From positions 1-64,000 of the forward strand of contig NIVC01001922.1 of assembly GCA_002269645.1 (NCBI GenBank): a DNA stretch of 64,000 bases, given 5' to 3'. The stretch is from Macrostomum lignano (Eukaryota). The notes under the pieces were generated by a model. That model had not been told where the DNA came from. It made no database searches and saw only the letters and a list, made by a program, of their open reading frames with translations. Positions 45,001 to 56,985 of the stretch are shown here, one piece after another. A program made the position numbers and the translations under genes. The first letter of the stretch is position 1; each line of letters begins with the position of its first letter.

Positions 45001-48000
45001 TGGTGTGTCCACCCAGGAGAAGGGGCCGAACATCTACCTGAAGGTCAACACTGGCGGCGGCGACGAGATCAGCGTCATGGTGGCGGACGGCTTCCCGTCC
45101 AATGTGCCGAAGAGTCCCCTGCGCGGCGAGGACGTGCAGCTGGAGTGCATCGGCTACGGGCCCATCACCCGCTACAACCAGCCTCTCATCTACAGGTGAG
45201 ACTCGCTTTCGCTTGCCAAAGTGTGGTGAGATTTAGGGACAGCTCCATCACAGGTGAGATTTTGGGACAGCTTCATCAAAGGTGAGATTTAGGGACAGCT
45301 TCATCATAGGTGAGATTTACGGACAGCTCCATCACAGGTAAGATTTAGGGACAGCTTCATCACAAGGTGAGATTTAGGGATAGCTTCATCACAAGGTGAG
45401 ATTTAGGGACAGCTTCATCACAAGGTGAGATTTAGGGATAGCTTCATCACAAGGTGAGATTTAGGGACAGCTTCATCACAAGGTGAGATTTAGGGACAGC
45501 TTCATCAAAGGTGAGATTTAGGGACAGCTTCATCAAAGGTGAGATTTAGGGACAGCTTCATCAAAGGTGAGATTTAGGGACAGCTTCATCAAAGGTGAGA
45601 TTTAGGGACAGCTTCATCAAAGGTGAGATTTAGGGACAGCTTCATCACAAGGTGAGATTTAGGGACAGCTCCATCATAGGTGAGATTTAGGGACAGCTCC
45701 ATCATAGGTGAGATTTAGGGACAGCTTCATCACAAGGTGAGATTTAGGGACAGCTTCATCAAAGGTGAGATTTAGGGACAGCTCCATCATAGGTGAGATT
45801 TAGGGACAGCTCCATCATAGGTGAGATTTAGGGACAGCTTCATCACAAGGTGAGATTTAGGGACAGCTTCATCACAAGGTGATATTTAGGGACAGCTCCA
45901 TCATAGGTGAGATTTAGGGACCTCCAGCGGAGCTGAGACGCAGGACAAACGATTCCAGAGTATCAAAACTCCCAAATCCCAGGTGGCGCCGAGTGGGCCT
46001 CGAGATCCCCAGCAAGAGCCGATGGGGCGACATCTTCAAGCGAGTGCTGGTGATCCCGAATGCCCAGATGGAGGACAGCGGCGCCTACGAATGCGAGATC
46101 GAGGACGGCAACAGGCGGACCAGCGGCTACCGGAGGCTTCAGCTCACCATCAACTCCGGCCCGTACTTCGTCCGCCGGCCCTACGACCTCATAGTTGACG
46201 AGGGCACCACGCAGCGATTCGACTGCAAGGCCAGCGGCACCCCGCCGCTCACGTACGCCTGGTTCCGCGGCAACAACATCAAGACTGAGCTGCTGGACAA
46301 CATCACAGATCTAGACAGGGCCCGGTTTACCTGGGACGTGTCCGGTTCCCAGCCCTACTTGGAGATTAAAAATGTGAAGCCGTCCGACTCCGCCGCCTAC
46401 GGCTGCCGGGTCACCAACAGCTACGAGACCATCTACGGCTTCGCTGAGCTGCGTGTGCTCAACTTCGCCCCGTCATTTTACAAGAATCCCACCAGCCAGG
46501 AGTCCGGGCTGGTGGGAAAGTCCGTCTACCTGCCCTGCGATGTCGAAGGCGCCCCCGAGCCCACCCGGACTTGGCGGTTCAAGGGCTCCGATCTTGCCGT
46601 CATCAAAGTTATGGATCAGGTGAGACTTATGCTGCTGCGTAAGTTCTCTGAACTGGAGTCCGAAATGTACCACCTGAGACACCTGGAATCCCAAATGTAC
46701 TAGCTGGGACACATGGAATCCCAAATGTACTAACTGAGACACCTGGAATCCCAGATGTACTAACTGAGACACCTGGAATCCCCAATGTACTAACTGAGAC
46801 ACCTGGAATCCCAAATTTACTAACTGAGACACCTGGAATCCCAAATTTACTAACTGAGACACATGGAATCCCAAATGTACTAACTGAGACACCTGGAATC
46901 CCTAATGTACTAACTGAGACACCTGGAATCCCAAATTTACTAACTGAGACACCTGGAATCCCAAATGTACTAACTGGGACACCTGGAATCCCAAATGTAC
47001 TAACTGAGACACATGGAATCCCAAATGTACTAACTGAGACACCTGGAATCCCAAATGTACTTACTGAGACACCTTGAATCCCAAGTTTACTCATCCCACT
47101 CACACCGAAATCCCCAGCCCGACCGGAAGTGCCCGCCAACGGCCAAGTACTGCCTGCTGCCCAGCGGCAAGCTGCAGATCCAGCAGCTGGTGGCGGCGGA
47201 CAGTGGCCTATACTCCTGCGTGGCCACCAACCCGAGCGGGTCAGCCAACAATTCGGTCAGTCTGGCGGTTGCCGAGCAGCTCACATTCGATTTTGCGCCA
47301 GAGAATCGCCTGGTTCTGGTTGGCAGCACCGTTGACCTGCCCTGCCAGCTGAAGGCCACGGCCGCCAATCTGGACGTGAACTACATGTGGAAGTTCGAGA
47401 ACATGGAGATCCTGTTTGGCCGCTACGATTTCGATGCCAGACGCTACGAGCTGACCCAGTTCTACAGGCCCTACAAGAAAGACTTCGGCACCCTGCGTAT
47501 CTCCAACATACAATACGATTATGAGGGTGAGCTATGAGTATGAGGGAAAGGACCTGCTAAAAGTTCAGGATGGGACCTGCTAACAGTTCAGGATGGGACC
47601 TGCTAACAGTTCAGGATGGGACCTGCTAACAGTTCAGGATGGGACCTGCTAAAAGTTCAGGATGGGACCTGCTAACAGTTCAGGATGGGACCTGCTAACA
47701 GTTCAGGATGGGACCTGCTAACAGTTCAGGATGGGACCTGCTAACAGTTCAGGATGGGACCTGCTAAAAGTTCAGGATGGGACCTGCTAACAGTTCAGGA
47801 TGGGACCTGCTAACAGTTCAGGATGGGACCTGCTAAAAGTTCAGGATGGGACCTGCTAAAAGTTCAGGATGGGACCTGCTAACAGTTCAGGATGGGACCT
47901 GCTAACAGTTCAGGATGGGACCTGCTAAAAGTTCAGGATGGGACCTGCTAACAGTTCAGGATGGGACCTGCTAACAGTTCAGGATGGGACCTGCTAAAAG

Positions 48001-51000
48001 TTCAGGATGGGACCTGCTAACAGTTCAGGATGGGACCTGCTAACAGTTCAGGATGGGACCTGCTGAAGGTTCAGGATGGGACCTGCTAAAAGTTCAGGAT
48101 GAGACCTGCTAAAAGTTCAGGATGAGACCAGCTGAAGGTTCAGTATGAGACCAGCTGAAGGTTCAGTATGAGACCAGCTGAAGGTTCAGTATGAGACCAG
48201 CTGAAGGTTCAGTATGAGACCAGCTGAAGGTTCAGTATGAGACCAGCTGAAGGTTCAGCATGAGACCAGCTGAAGGTTCAGTATGAGACCAGCTGAAGGT
48301 TCAGTATGAGACCAGCTGAAGGTTCAGTATGAGACCAGCTGAAGGTTCAGTTTGAGACCAGCTGAAGGTTCAGTTTGAGACCAGCTGAAGGTTCAGTATG
48401 AGACCAGCTGAAGGTTCAGTATGAGACCAGCTGAAGGTTCAGTTTGAGACCAGCTGAAGGTTCAGTTTGAGACCAGCTGAAGGTTCAGTGTGAGACCAGC
48501 TGAAGGTTCAGTGTGAGACCAGCTGAAGGTTCAGTGTGAGACCAGCTGAAGTCGCACCCACCCGCAGGCAACTACACCTGCCAGGCCCAGACGCCGCTGG
48601 GCTACGAGGAGAGGTCCGCCTACCTCCGCGTGGCCGGTCCGCCCGGACCCTGCGCTGGCGTGGAAGTGCCGTCCATCAACAGCACGGTGTTCAACATCCG
48701 CTGGCGGTCGGGCACCAGCCACCAGAGCCCCATCACCGCCTACCAGCTGGAGCTGGAGCTGGCAGTCAACCCGGGCCAGTGGACAGTCCACAGCACTGTG
48801 CCAATGTCAGAGGACATCATAGTCCGTGAGAGGTCAAACGAGGACACGGGCCTGCGGCAGGCCCAGGTGAAGGGGCTGCCGTTCTACCAGCAGTACCGCA
48901 TCCGGGTCAGCGCCATCAATGTGTACGGCGTCGGGCTGGCCAGCCCGCCCAGCCAGGTGTTCGTCACCGTGTCCGGGCCGCCGTCCCGGGCGCCGCAGAA
49001 TATCACTGGCGGCGGCGGCAAGGTGCGAATCCTTTTAATTAAGATTCTGTTGCCATGCGAGGCCTGGTGATCATTTTCAAATTGTAGTGCTCACGAAATC
49101 TAAAGCGAAGAACTCCCTGAATTACCCAGAATCGCTCTGAATTCCTAGGATCGCCCTGAATTCCCCAGAATCGCTCTAAATTCCTATTATCGCCCTAAAT
49201 TCCCCAGAATCGCTCTAAATTCCTAGGATCGCCCTGAATTCGCCAGAATTGCTTTGATTTTCCAAGAATCGCTCTGAATTCCCCAGAATCGCTTTGAATT
49301 CCCCAGAATCGCTTTGAATTCCCCAGAATCGCTCTGAATTCCCAAGAATCGCTCTGAATTCCCCAGAATCGCTCTGAATTCCCCAGAATCGCTCTGAATT
49401 CCTAGGATCGCCCTGAATTCCCCAGAATCGCTCTAAATTCCTAGGATCGCCCTGAATTCCCCAGAATCGCTCTGAATTCCCCAGAATCGCTCTGAATTCC
49501 TAGGATCGCCCTGAATTCCCCAGAATTACTTTGATTTCCCCAGAATCGCTCTGAATTCCCCATAATCGGCCTGAATTCCCCAGAATCGCTCTGAATTCCT
49601 AGGATCGCCCTGAATTCCCCAGAATCGCTCTAAATTCCTAGGATCGCCCTGAATTCCCCAGAATTGCTTTGATTTCCCAAGAATCGCTCTGAATTCTTAA
49701 GAATCGCTCTGAATTCCCCGCTGTAATATCAGCATAATCGACAACCTCCCCGCAATCGCCGCTCGCAGGTCAAGACGCTGGTGGTTCGCTGGAAGAAGAT
49801 TCCTTTAGCCTACCAGGGCGGCTCCAATTTCACCTACGATGTCCAGTACAGACGGGTCGGCGACGCTGACTGGCTGGAGGCCAGCCGGATCGTCGGCAAG
49901 CCGATGCACATCCCGCCGGATCACGTGGAGACCGCCATTGTGCTGTCCGGTGCCACCAACGAAATCAGCTTCAAGATGTTCGAAGCCAGGGTTCGCGGAG
50001 CCAGCGTCAAGATTGAAACAATTAACAACGTTGAGACAAAGACTCGCCTGACCGGGCCCTGGTCTGACATTATAAGGTCAGCCGCGCCCTCCTGTTTGTA
50101 TTTGCCTCTCTCTCTAACTCCCTACCATCTACCTCACTACCTACCCTCTCCCTCACTACCTACTCTCTCTCTCACTACCTACTCTCTCTCTCACTACCTA
50201 CTCTCTGCTTCACTCCCTACCCTCTCTCTCACTACCTACTCTCTGCTTCACTCCCTACTCACTCTCTCCTTCACTCTCTGCTCTCTCCCTCACTACCTAC
50301 TCTCTCCTTCACTCCCTGCTCTCTCCCTCACTCCCTACTCTCTCCTTCACTCCCTGCTCTCTCCCTCACTACCTACTCTCTCCTTCACTCCCTACTCTCT
50401 CTCTCCTTCACTCTCTGCTCTCTCCCTCACTACCTACTCTCTCCTTCACTCCCTGCTCTCTCCCTCACTCCCTACTCTCTCCTTCACTCCCTGCTCTCTC
50501 CCTCACTACCTACTCTCTCCTTCACTCCCTACTCTCTCTCCTTCACTCCATACTCTCTCTCTCTCCTTCACTCTCTGCTCTCTCCCTCACTACCTACTCT
50601 CTCCTTCACTCCCTGCTCTCTCCCTCACTCCCTACTCTCTCCTTCACTCCCTGCTCTCTCCTTCACTCCCTACTCTCTCCTTCACTCCCTACTCTCTCCC
50701 TCACAATCTACTTTCTCCTTCGGTCCCTACCCCTCTGTCAAGCTCATCCAGTATAACGGATAAAATTCTGCTACAAAAGTTTTCTCCCTCATCATCTCTT
50801 GGCAGACTCCGCAGCGCCGAGCAGGTGCCGGTCAGCGCCCCCATCAATATCCGGATCACTCCGTTCAACGCCACCGCTGTTGACGTGTTCTGGGAGCCGC
50901 CGCTGAACTATGATGGCATCGTTGGCGACATCCTCGGCTACCGCATCGTCTACTGGCCCAGAATCGCCTCCGCTTGCAGCGTGGAAAACAACAAGTACAA

Positions 51001-53117
51001 GGTGCTGCTGGCCCAGCGCCAGACCACCTACGGCAAGGCCACCTACGGCCAGGTGATCGGGCTGGAGGCCGACAGCTTCTACTGCTTCAGCGTGCAGCTG
51101 TTCAACTCAGCCGGCGACAGCCCCGAGTCCTCTTGGCGCGACGTCTCAACCAATAAGATGTGGCCGACAGACCTGCCAACCAACGTGGTGGTGCACAGCA
51201 CTGGCGAGTACAGCAGCATCAGCGTCACCTGGAACGGCGTCCGGCAGCAGCCCAATGAGGAGAGCGTGGATGGATATATGGTGAGGGACTGGGGTTTGGC
51301 GGCCGCCTCATGACCACGGAAGAGGGAGTAGCAGTCGCTTGAAGGGTTAGTCAAGAGGGATTAGCAGTCGCTTGAAGAATTAGCGAAGAAGGATTAGCAG
51401 TCGCTTGAAGGATTAGTGAAGAAAGATTAGCAGTCGCTTGAAGGATTAGTCAAGAGGGATTAGCAGTCGCTTGAAGGATTAGTGAAGAAAGATTAGCAGT
51501 CGCTTGAAGGATTAGTCAAGAGGGATTAGCAGTCGCTGGAAGGATTAGCAGTCGCTTGAAGGATTAGTCAAGAGGGATTAACAGTCGGCTGAAGGATTAG
51601 TCAAGAGGGATTAGCAGTCGGCTGAAGAATTCGTCAAAAGGGATTAGCAGCTACCTGAAGGATCAGAAGGGAGGGATTTGCAGCTACCTGAAGGATCAGA
51701 AGGGAGGGATTTGCAGCTACCTGAAGGATCAGAAGGGAGGGATTAGCAGCTACCTAAAGGATCAGAAGGGAGGGATTTGCAGTCACCTGAAGGATCAGAA
51801 GGGAGGGATTTGCAGCTACCTGAAGGATCAGAAGGGAGGGATTAGCAGCTACCTAAAGGATCAGAAGGGAGGGATTAGCAGCTACCTGAAGGATCAGAAG
51901 GGAGGGATTTGCAGCCACCTGAAGGATCAGAAGGGAGGGATAAGCAGCTACCTGAAGGATCAGAAGGGAGGGATTAGCAGCTACCTAAAGGATCAGAAGG
52001 GAGGGATTAGCAGCTACCTGAAGGATCAGAAGGGAGGGATTTGCAGTCACCTGAAGGATCAGAAGGGAGGGATTTGCAGTCACCTGAAGGATCAGAAGGG
52101 AGGGATTAGCAGCTACCTAAAGGATCAGAAGGGAGGGATTAGCAGCTACCTGAAGGATCAGAAGGGAGGGATTTGCAGTCACCTGAAGGATCAGAAGGGA
52201 GGGATTTGCAGTCACCTGAAGGATCAGAAGGGAGGGATTAGCAGCTACCTAAAGGATCAGAAGGGAGGGATTTGCAGCTACCTGAAGGATCAGAAGGGAG
52301 GGATTAGCAGCTACCTGAAGGATCAGAAGGGAGGGATTTGCAGCTACCTGAAGGATCAGAAGGGAGGGATTAGCAGCTACCTAAAGGATCAGAAGGGAGG
52401 GATTTGCAGCTACCTGAAGGATCAGAAGGGAGGGATTAGCAGCTACCTGAAGGATCAGAAGGGAGGGATTAGCAGCTACCTGAAGGAGAACAAAAGCGGG
52501 ATTAGCAGCTACCTGAAGGATCAGAAAGGAGGGATTAGCAGCTACCTGAAGGATCAGAAGGGAGGGATTAGCAGCTACCTGAAGGATCAGAAGGGAGGGA
52601 TTAGCAGCTACCTAAAGGATCAGAAGGGAGGGATTAGCAGCTACCTGAAGGATCAGAAGGGAGGGATTTGCAGCTACCTGAAGGATCAGAAGGGAGGGAT
52701 TAGCAGCTACCTGAAGGATCAGAAGGGAGGGATTTGCAGCTAACTGAAGTTCGTCGAAGGGGTGCTCATTGACATCACGCCCGCTCCGGCCAGGTGCGCT
52801 ACTGGGTGACGGGCGCCCCAGCCGTGAACTTCACGGACGTTGACGCCGGCCTCAGCAACGAGGTGACGGTCCGCTACTTGTCCAGCGAGACTCGCTACGA
52901 CCTCCGGGTGTACGCCTATTCGTCTGGCGGCATCGGCACCTACAGCAGCCCGATGATCCAGTTCATGCTCATCCCCAAGGACCGCTGCGTGCCCGGCGCC
53001 AGCTGGGAGGCGCCGGACGTGCGCTACGTGTTCATCTGTTCCGGCGCCGGGCTGCGCGCTTCCCTGTGGGCGCTGGCGCTGGCTGGCCTGGCGCGCCTGC
53101 TTGCTCTGCATTATTGA
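42017..53117 (+). CDS. Cont: Contactin, invertebrate type (signal peptide, C-type lectin, 6 Ig, 4 FN3, GPI signal); exons 42017-42128, 42609-42993, 43908-44290, 44646-45195, 45983-46619, 47118-47526, 48568-49022, 49769-50076, 50806-51280, 52794-53117; 1345 aa
   Basis: Hydrophobic leader; CPSGWVKLESTCY (CTLD); six Ig Cys pairs with GxYxC motifs; four FN3 repeats; hydrophobic C-terminal tail. All phases are compatible (4038 nt). The architecture matches Drosophila Contactin. Confidence 0.93.
44355..44570. repeat. 26-27-bp repeat x4 carrying the TGACGTCA palindrome (44361, 44388, 44414, 44440), plus a fifth site at 44561
   Basis: Direct reading; contactin intron 3. Confidence 0.8.
45225..45922 (+). 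repeat. 28-29-bp minisatellite (CATCACAAGGTGAGATTTAGGGACAGCTT), ~24 copies, contactin intron 4
   Basis: Direct reading. Confidence 0.93.
46660..47085 (+). repeat. 30-bp minisatellite (TACTAACTGAGACACCTGGAATCCCAAATG), contactin intron 5
   Basis: Direct reading. Confidence 0.93.
47560..48550 (+). repeat. Two abutting related 23-bp minisatellites (GGGACCTGCTAACAGTTCAGGAT, then GAGACCAGCTGAAGGTTCAGTAT), contactin intron 6
   Basis: Direct reading; transition at ~48060-48130. Confidence 0.93.
49110..49720 (+). repeat. 20-bp minisatellite (GAATTCCCCAGAATCGCTCT), contactin intron 7
   Basis: Direct reading. Confidence 0.9.
50100..50720 (+). repeat. Pyrimidine-rich (CT) low-complexity minisatellite, contactin intron 8
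   Basis: Direct reading. Confidence 0.9.
51330..52740 (+). repeat. 33-bp purine-rich minisatellite (GAAGGATCAGAAGGGAGGGATTAGCAGCTACCT), contactin intron 9
   Basis: Direct reading. Confidence 0.93.
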
Positions 53118-53249
53118 TTGTTTTGGAAATGTTTCTGTAACTGACTTGCTCTGCGTATTAACATTATTCATAATTTTCCTTGTGAAAATTCCCTCCTAAT
53201 AGCTTAATTATGCTTTTGTATCGACTCCTAGGGTTCGATAAGGATCGAT

Positions 53250-55400
53250 CCTAAAGAATCGCACACAAGCCGCTCCTAAAGAATCGCCCACAAGGAATAA
53301 TCACCGCTCCTAAAGAATCGCCCACAAGCCGCTTCACTCCTAAAGAATCGCACACAAGCCGCTCCTAAAGAAACGCCCACAAGGAATAATCACCCACAAG
53401 CCGCTCCTGAAGAAACGCCCACAAGGAATAATCACCCACAAGCCGCTCCTGAAGAATCGCCCACAAGCCACTCCTTCCTAAAGAATCGCCCACAAGCCGC
53501 GCCTTCCTAAAGAATCGCCCACAAGCCGCTCCTTCCTAAAGAATCGCCCACAAGCCGCTCCTAAAGAATCGCCCAGAAGCCGCTCCTAAAGAATCGCCCA
53601 CAATCCGCTCCTAAAGAATCGTCCACAAGCCGCTCCTAAAGAATCGCCCACAAGCCACTCCTAAAGAATCGCCCACAAGCCACTTCTAAAGAATCGCCCA
53701 CAAGCCACTCCTAAAGAATCGCCCACAAGCCACTCCTAAAGAATCGCCCACAAGCCACTCCTAAAGAATCGCCCACAAACCGCTCCTAAAGAATCGCCCA
53801 CAAGCCACTCCTAAAGAATCGCCCACAAGCCACTCCCAAAGAATCGCCCACAAGCCACTCCTAAAGAATCGCCCACAAACCGCTCCTAAAGAATCGCCCA
53901 CAAGCCACTCCTAAAGAATCGCCCACAAGCCACTCCTAAAGAATCGCCCACAAGCCACTCCTAAAGAATCGCCCACAAACCGCTCCTAAAGAATCGCCCA
54001 CAAGCCACTCCTAAAGAATCGCCCACAAGCCACTCCCAAAGAATCGCCCACAAGCCACTCCTAAAGAATCGCCCACAAGCCACTCCCAAAGAATCGCACA
54101 CAATCCGCTCAGAAGGAATCGCCCACAAACCACTCCCAAAGAATCGCCCACAAGCCACTCCTAAAGAATCGCCCACAAGCCACTCCCACAGAATCGCCCA
54201 CAAGCCACTCCTAAAGAATCGCCCACAAGCCACTCCCAAAGAATCGCCCACAATCCGCTCAGAAGGAATCGCCCACAAACCACTCCCAAAGAATCGCGCA
54301 CAAGCCACTCCTAAAGAATCGCCCACAAGCCACTCCCACAGAATCGCCCACAAGCCACTCCTAAAGAATCGCCCACAAGCCACTCCCAAAGAATCGCCCA
54401 CAATCCGCTCAGAAGGAATCGCCCACAAACCACTCCCAAAGAATCGCGCACAAGCCACTCCTAAAGAATCGCCCACAAGCCACTCCCACAGAATCGCCCA
54501 CAAGCCACTCCTAAAGAATCGCCCACAAGCCACTCCCAAAGAATCGCCCACAATCCGCTCAGAAGGAATCGCCCACAAACCACTCCCAAAGAATCGCGCA
54601 CAAGCCACTCCTAAAGAATCGCCCACAAGCCACTCCCACAGAATCGCCCACAAGCCACTCCTAAAGAATCGCCCACAAGCCACTCCCAAAGAATCGCCCA
54701 CAATCCGCTCAGAAGGAATCGCCCACAAGCCACTCCAAAGAATCGCCCACAAGCCACTCCCAAAGAATCGCCCACAAGCCGCTCCTAAAGAATCGCCCAC
54801 AAGCCGCTCATAAAGAATCGCCCACAAGCCGCTCCTAAAGAATCGCCCACAAGCCGCTCCTAAAGAATCGCCCACAAGCCGCTCCTAAAGAATCGCCCAC
54901 AAGCCGCTCATAAAGAATCGCCCACAAGCCGCTCATAAAGAATCGCCCACAAGCCGCTCCTAAAGAATCGCCCACAAGCCGCTCCTAAAGAATCGCCCAC
55001 AAGCCGCTCATAAAGAATCGCCCACAAGCCGCTCCTAAAGAATCGCCCACAAGCCGCTCCTAAAGAATCGCCCACAAGCCGCTCAGAAGAATCGCCCACA
55101 AGCCGCTCCTAAAGAATCGCCCACAAGCCGCTCATAAAGAATCGCCCACAAGCCGCTCATAAAGAATCGCCCACAAGCCGCTCCTAAAGAATCGCCCACA
55201 AGCCGCTCATAAAGAATCGCCCACAAGCCGCTCCTAAAGAATCGCATACAAGCCGCTCAGAAGGAATCGCCCACAAGCCGCTCCTAAAGAATCGCCCACA
55301 AGCCGCTCAGAAGGAATCGCCCACAAGCCGCTCCTAAAGAATCGCCCACAAGCCGCTCAGAAGGAATCGCCCACAAGCCGCTCCTAAAGAATCGCCCACA
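53250..55400. repeat. 25-bp satellite (CTAAAGAATCGCCCACAAGCCGCTC), >2 kb, with a 150-bp higher-order block
   Basis: Direct reading. Confidence 0.93.
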
Positions 55401-56374
55401 AACCTTTCTCACATGCATGTTTCGGTCGGACCAGGCGTTCCAGCGCACAGATGCGGTGAAAATTATTCGCATTCCATCTGCTCCGCGCTGTGAATTTGCA
55501 AATTCAATCTTTTGATGCTTCTTTGCAGCATTGCTGTCGTTCGGTTTTGCGTTACTGAATCGCTAATACTATTTGTAAGTCTCCCTTGTTAATGCTTTGT
55601 TTATCCCAAAAGTTTTCCTTCAACAGTGCATGCCTAAGTGTCCAGTTGTTTTTATTTATTCATAATTTTGCTTACCCGTATATTGCTGCTAAAACATTCA
55701 CTACATTCCCTAGGCTTTACAGTTATTGTTTCTGCATAATGAAATTTAATTGAGTCTTGCTTTTTTTAACAGATCATGTAGTACTTTAAACCGTTGGGTC
55801 TCGTTGGTCCGTTGTACGCCCACGCATTCCAATTTTGTACTTTTATCAGCGATCGTTAACGAAGTGGCCTTTCTTGATGTACATGCTGGACCGGCCTGGC
55901 TTGGAGCACCCAGTGCCGCATTCCTTAGCGACACAATTAACCTGAGACCCAGAGTTCTCACCGCACAGTTCAAACAACTTCGAATGCTATTGAGCTCTGG
56001 GACCCAACACTGCCCGATCTGTGTGTACTTTCTATGCTTAGTTCGTTCCGTCTTTTATACTCTGCGCGCACTGGTAACATTATTATAATATTGTCTGTAA
56101 TTATATTATAATAGACAAAGCTAAATATTAAACAATTTAAAAATGATCCAGTAAATAATTTCGAAATTATGGCCGCGATGTCCTGCTAACGGGCATCCGT
56201 GATTCAACAGAAATTATTCCGAGATTTTGTTGATTTGAATTTGAATTTTAATTTTAATTGTACTTAAAGGTAGATAAGTCCGAGTCTCGCACTGGCCCGA
56301 CTATACATGCTAATTATTTCCGGCTCCGATATACCCCATCTGAGCGTGCCAACTCATGACCAGAGTTTCAGCCG

Positions 56375-56985
56375 CGAGGCTGTGGTATCGAGGCTGTGGT
56401 ATCGAGGCTGTGATATCGAGGCTGTGGTATCGAGGCTGTGGTATCGAGGCTGTGGTATCGAGGCTGTGGTATCGAGGCTGTGGTATCGAGGCTGTGGTAT
56501 CGAGGCTATCGAGGCTGTGGTATCGAGGCTATCGAGGCTGTGGTATCGAGGCTATGGTGTCGAGGCTGTGGTGTCGAGGCTGTGGTATCGAGGCTGTGGT
56601 GTCGAGGCTGTGGTATCGAGGCTGTGGTGTCGAGGCTGTGGTATCGAGGCTGTGGTGTCGAGGCTGTGGTATCGAGGACCTGTGGTGTCGAGGCTGTGGT
56701 ATCGAGGCTGTGGTATCGAGGCTGTGGTATCGAGGCTATCGAGGCTGTGGTATCGAGGCTGTGGTATCGAGGCTGTGGTATCGAGGCTGTGGTATCGAGG
56801 CTATGGTGTCGAGGCTGTGGTATCGAGGCTGTGGTATCGAGGCTGTGGTATCGAGGCTGTGGTGTCGAGGCTGTGGTATCGAGGCTGTGGTGTCGAGGCT
56901 GTGGTATCGAGGCTGTGGTGTCGAGGCTGTGGTATCGAGGACCTGTGGTGTCGAGGCTGTGGTGTCGAGGCTGTGGTGTCGCCAC
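56375..56985. repeat. 14-bp minisatellite (TATCGAGGCTGTGG)
   Basis: Direct reading. Confidence 0.92.

Noticed and set aside
45225-45922. Regular 20-50-bp repeats resembling CRISPR arrays
   Set aside because: The units are head-to-tail with no unique spacers, there are no cas genes, and the context is a eukaryotic intron.
50077-50805. Contactin intron 8 is 729 nt (243 codons) and stop-free, so ORF 49781-51313 reads through it
   Set aside because: CT-only low complexity rarely forms stops. Clean GT/AG sites restore the FN3 linker (DIIR|LRSAEQVP), so retention is unsupported.
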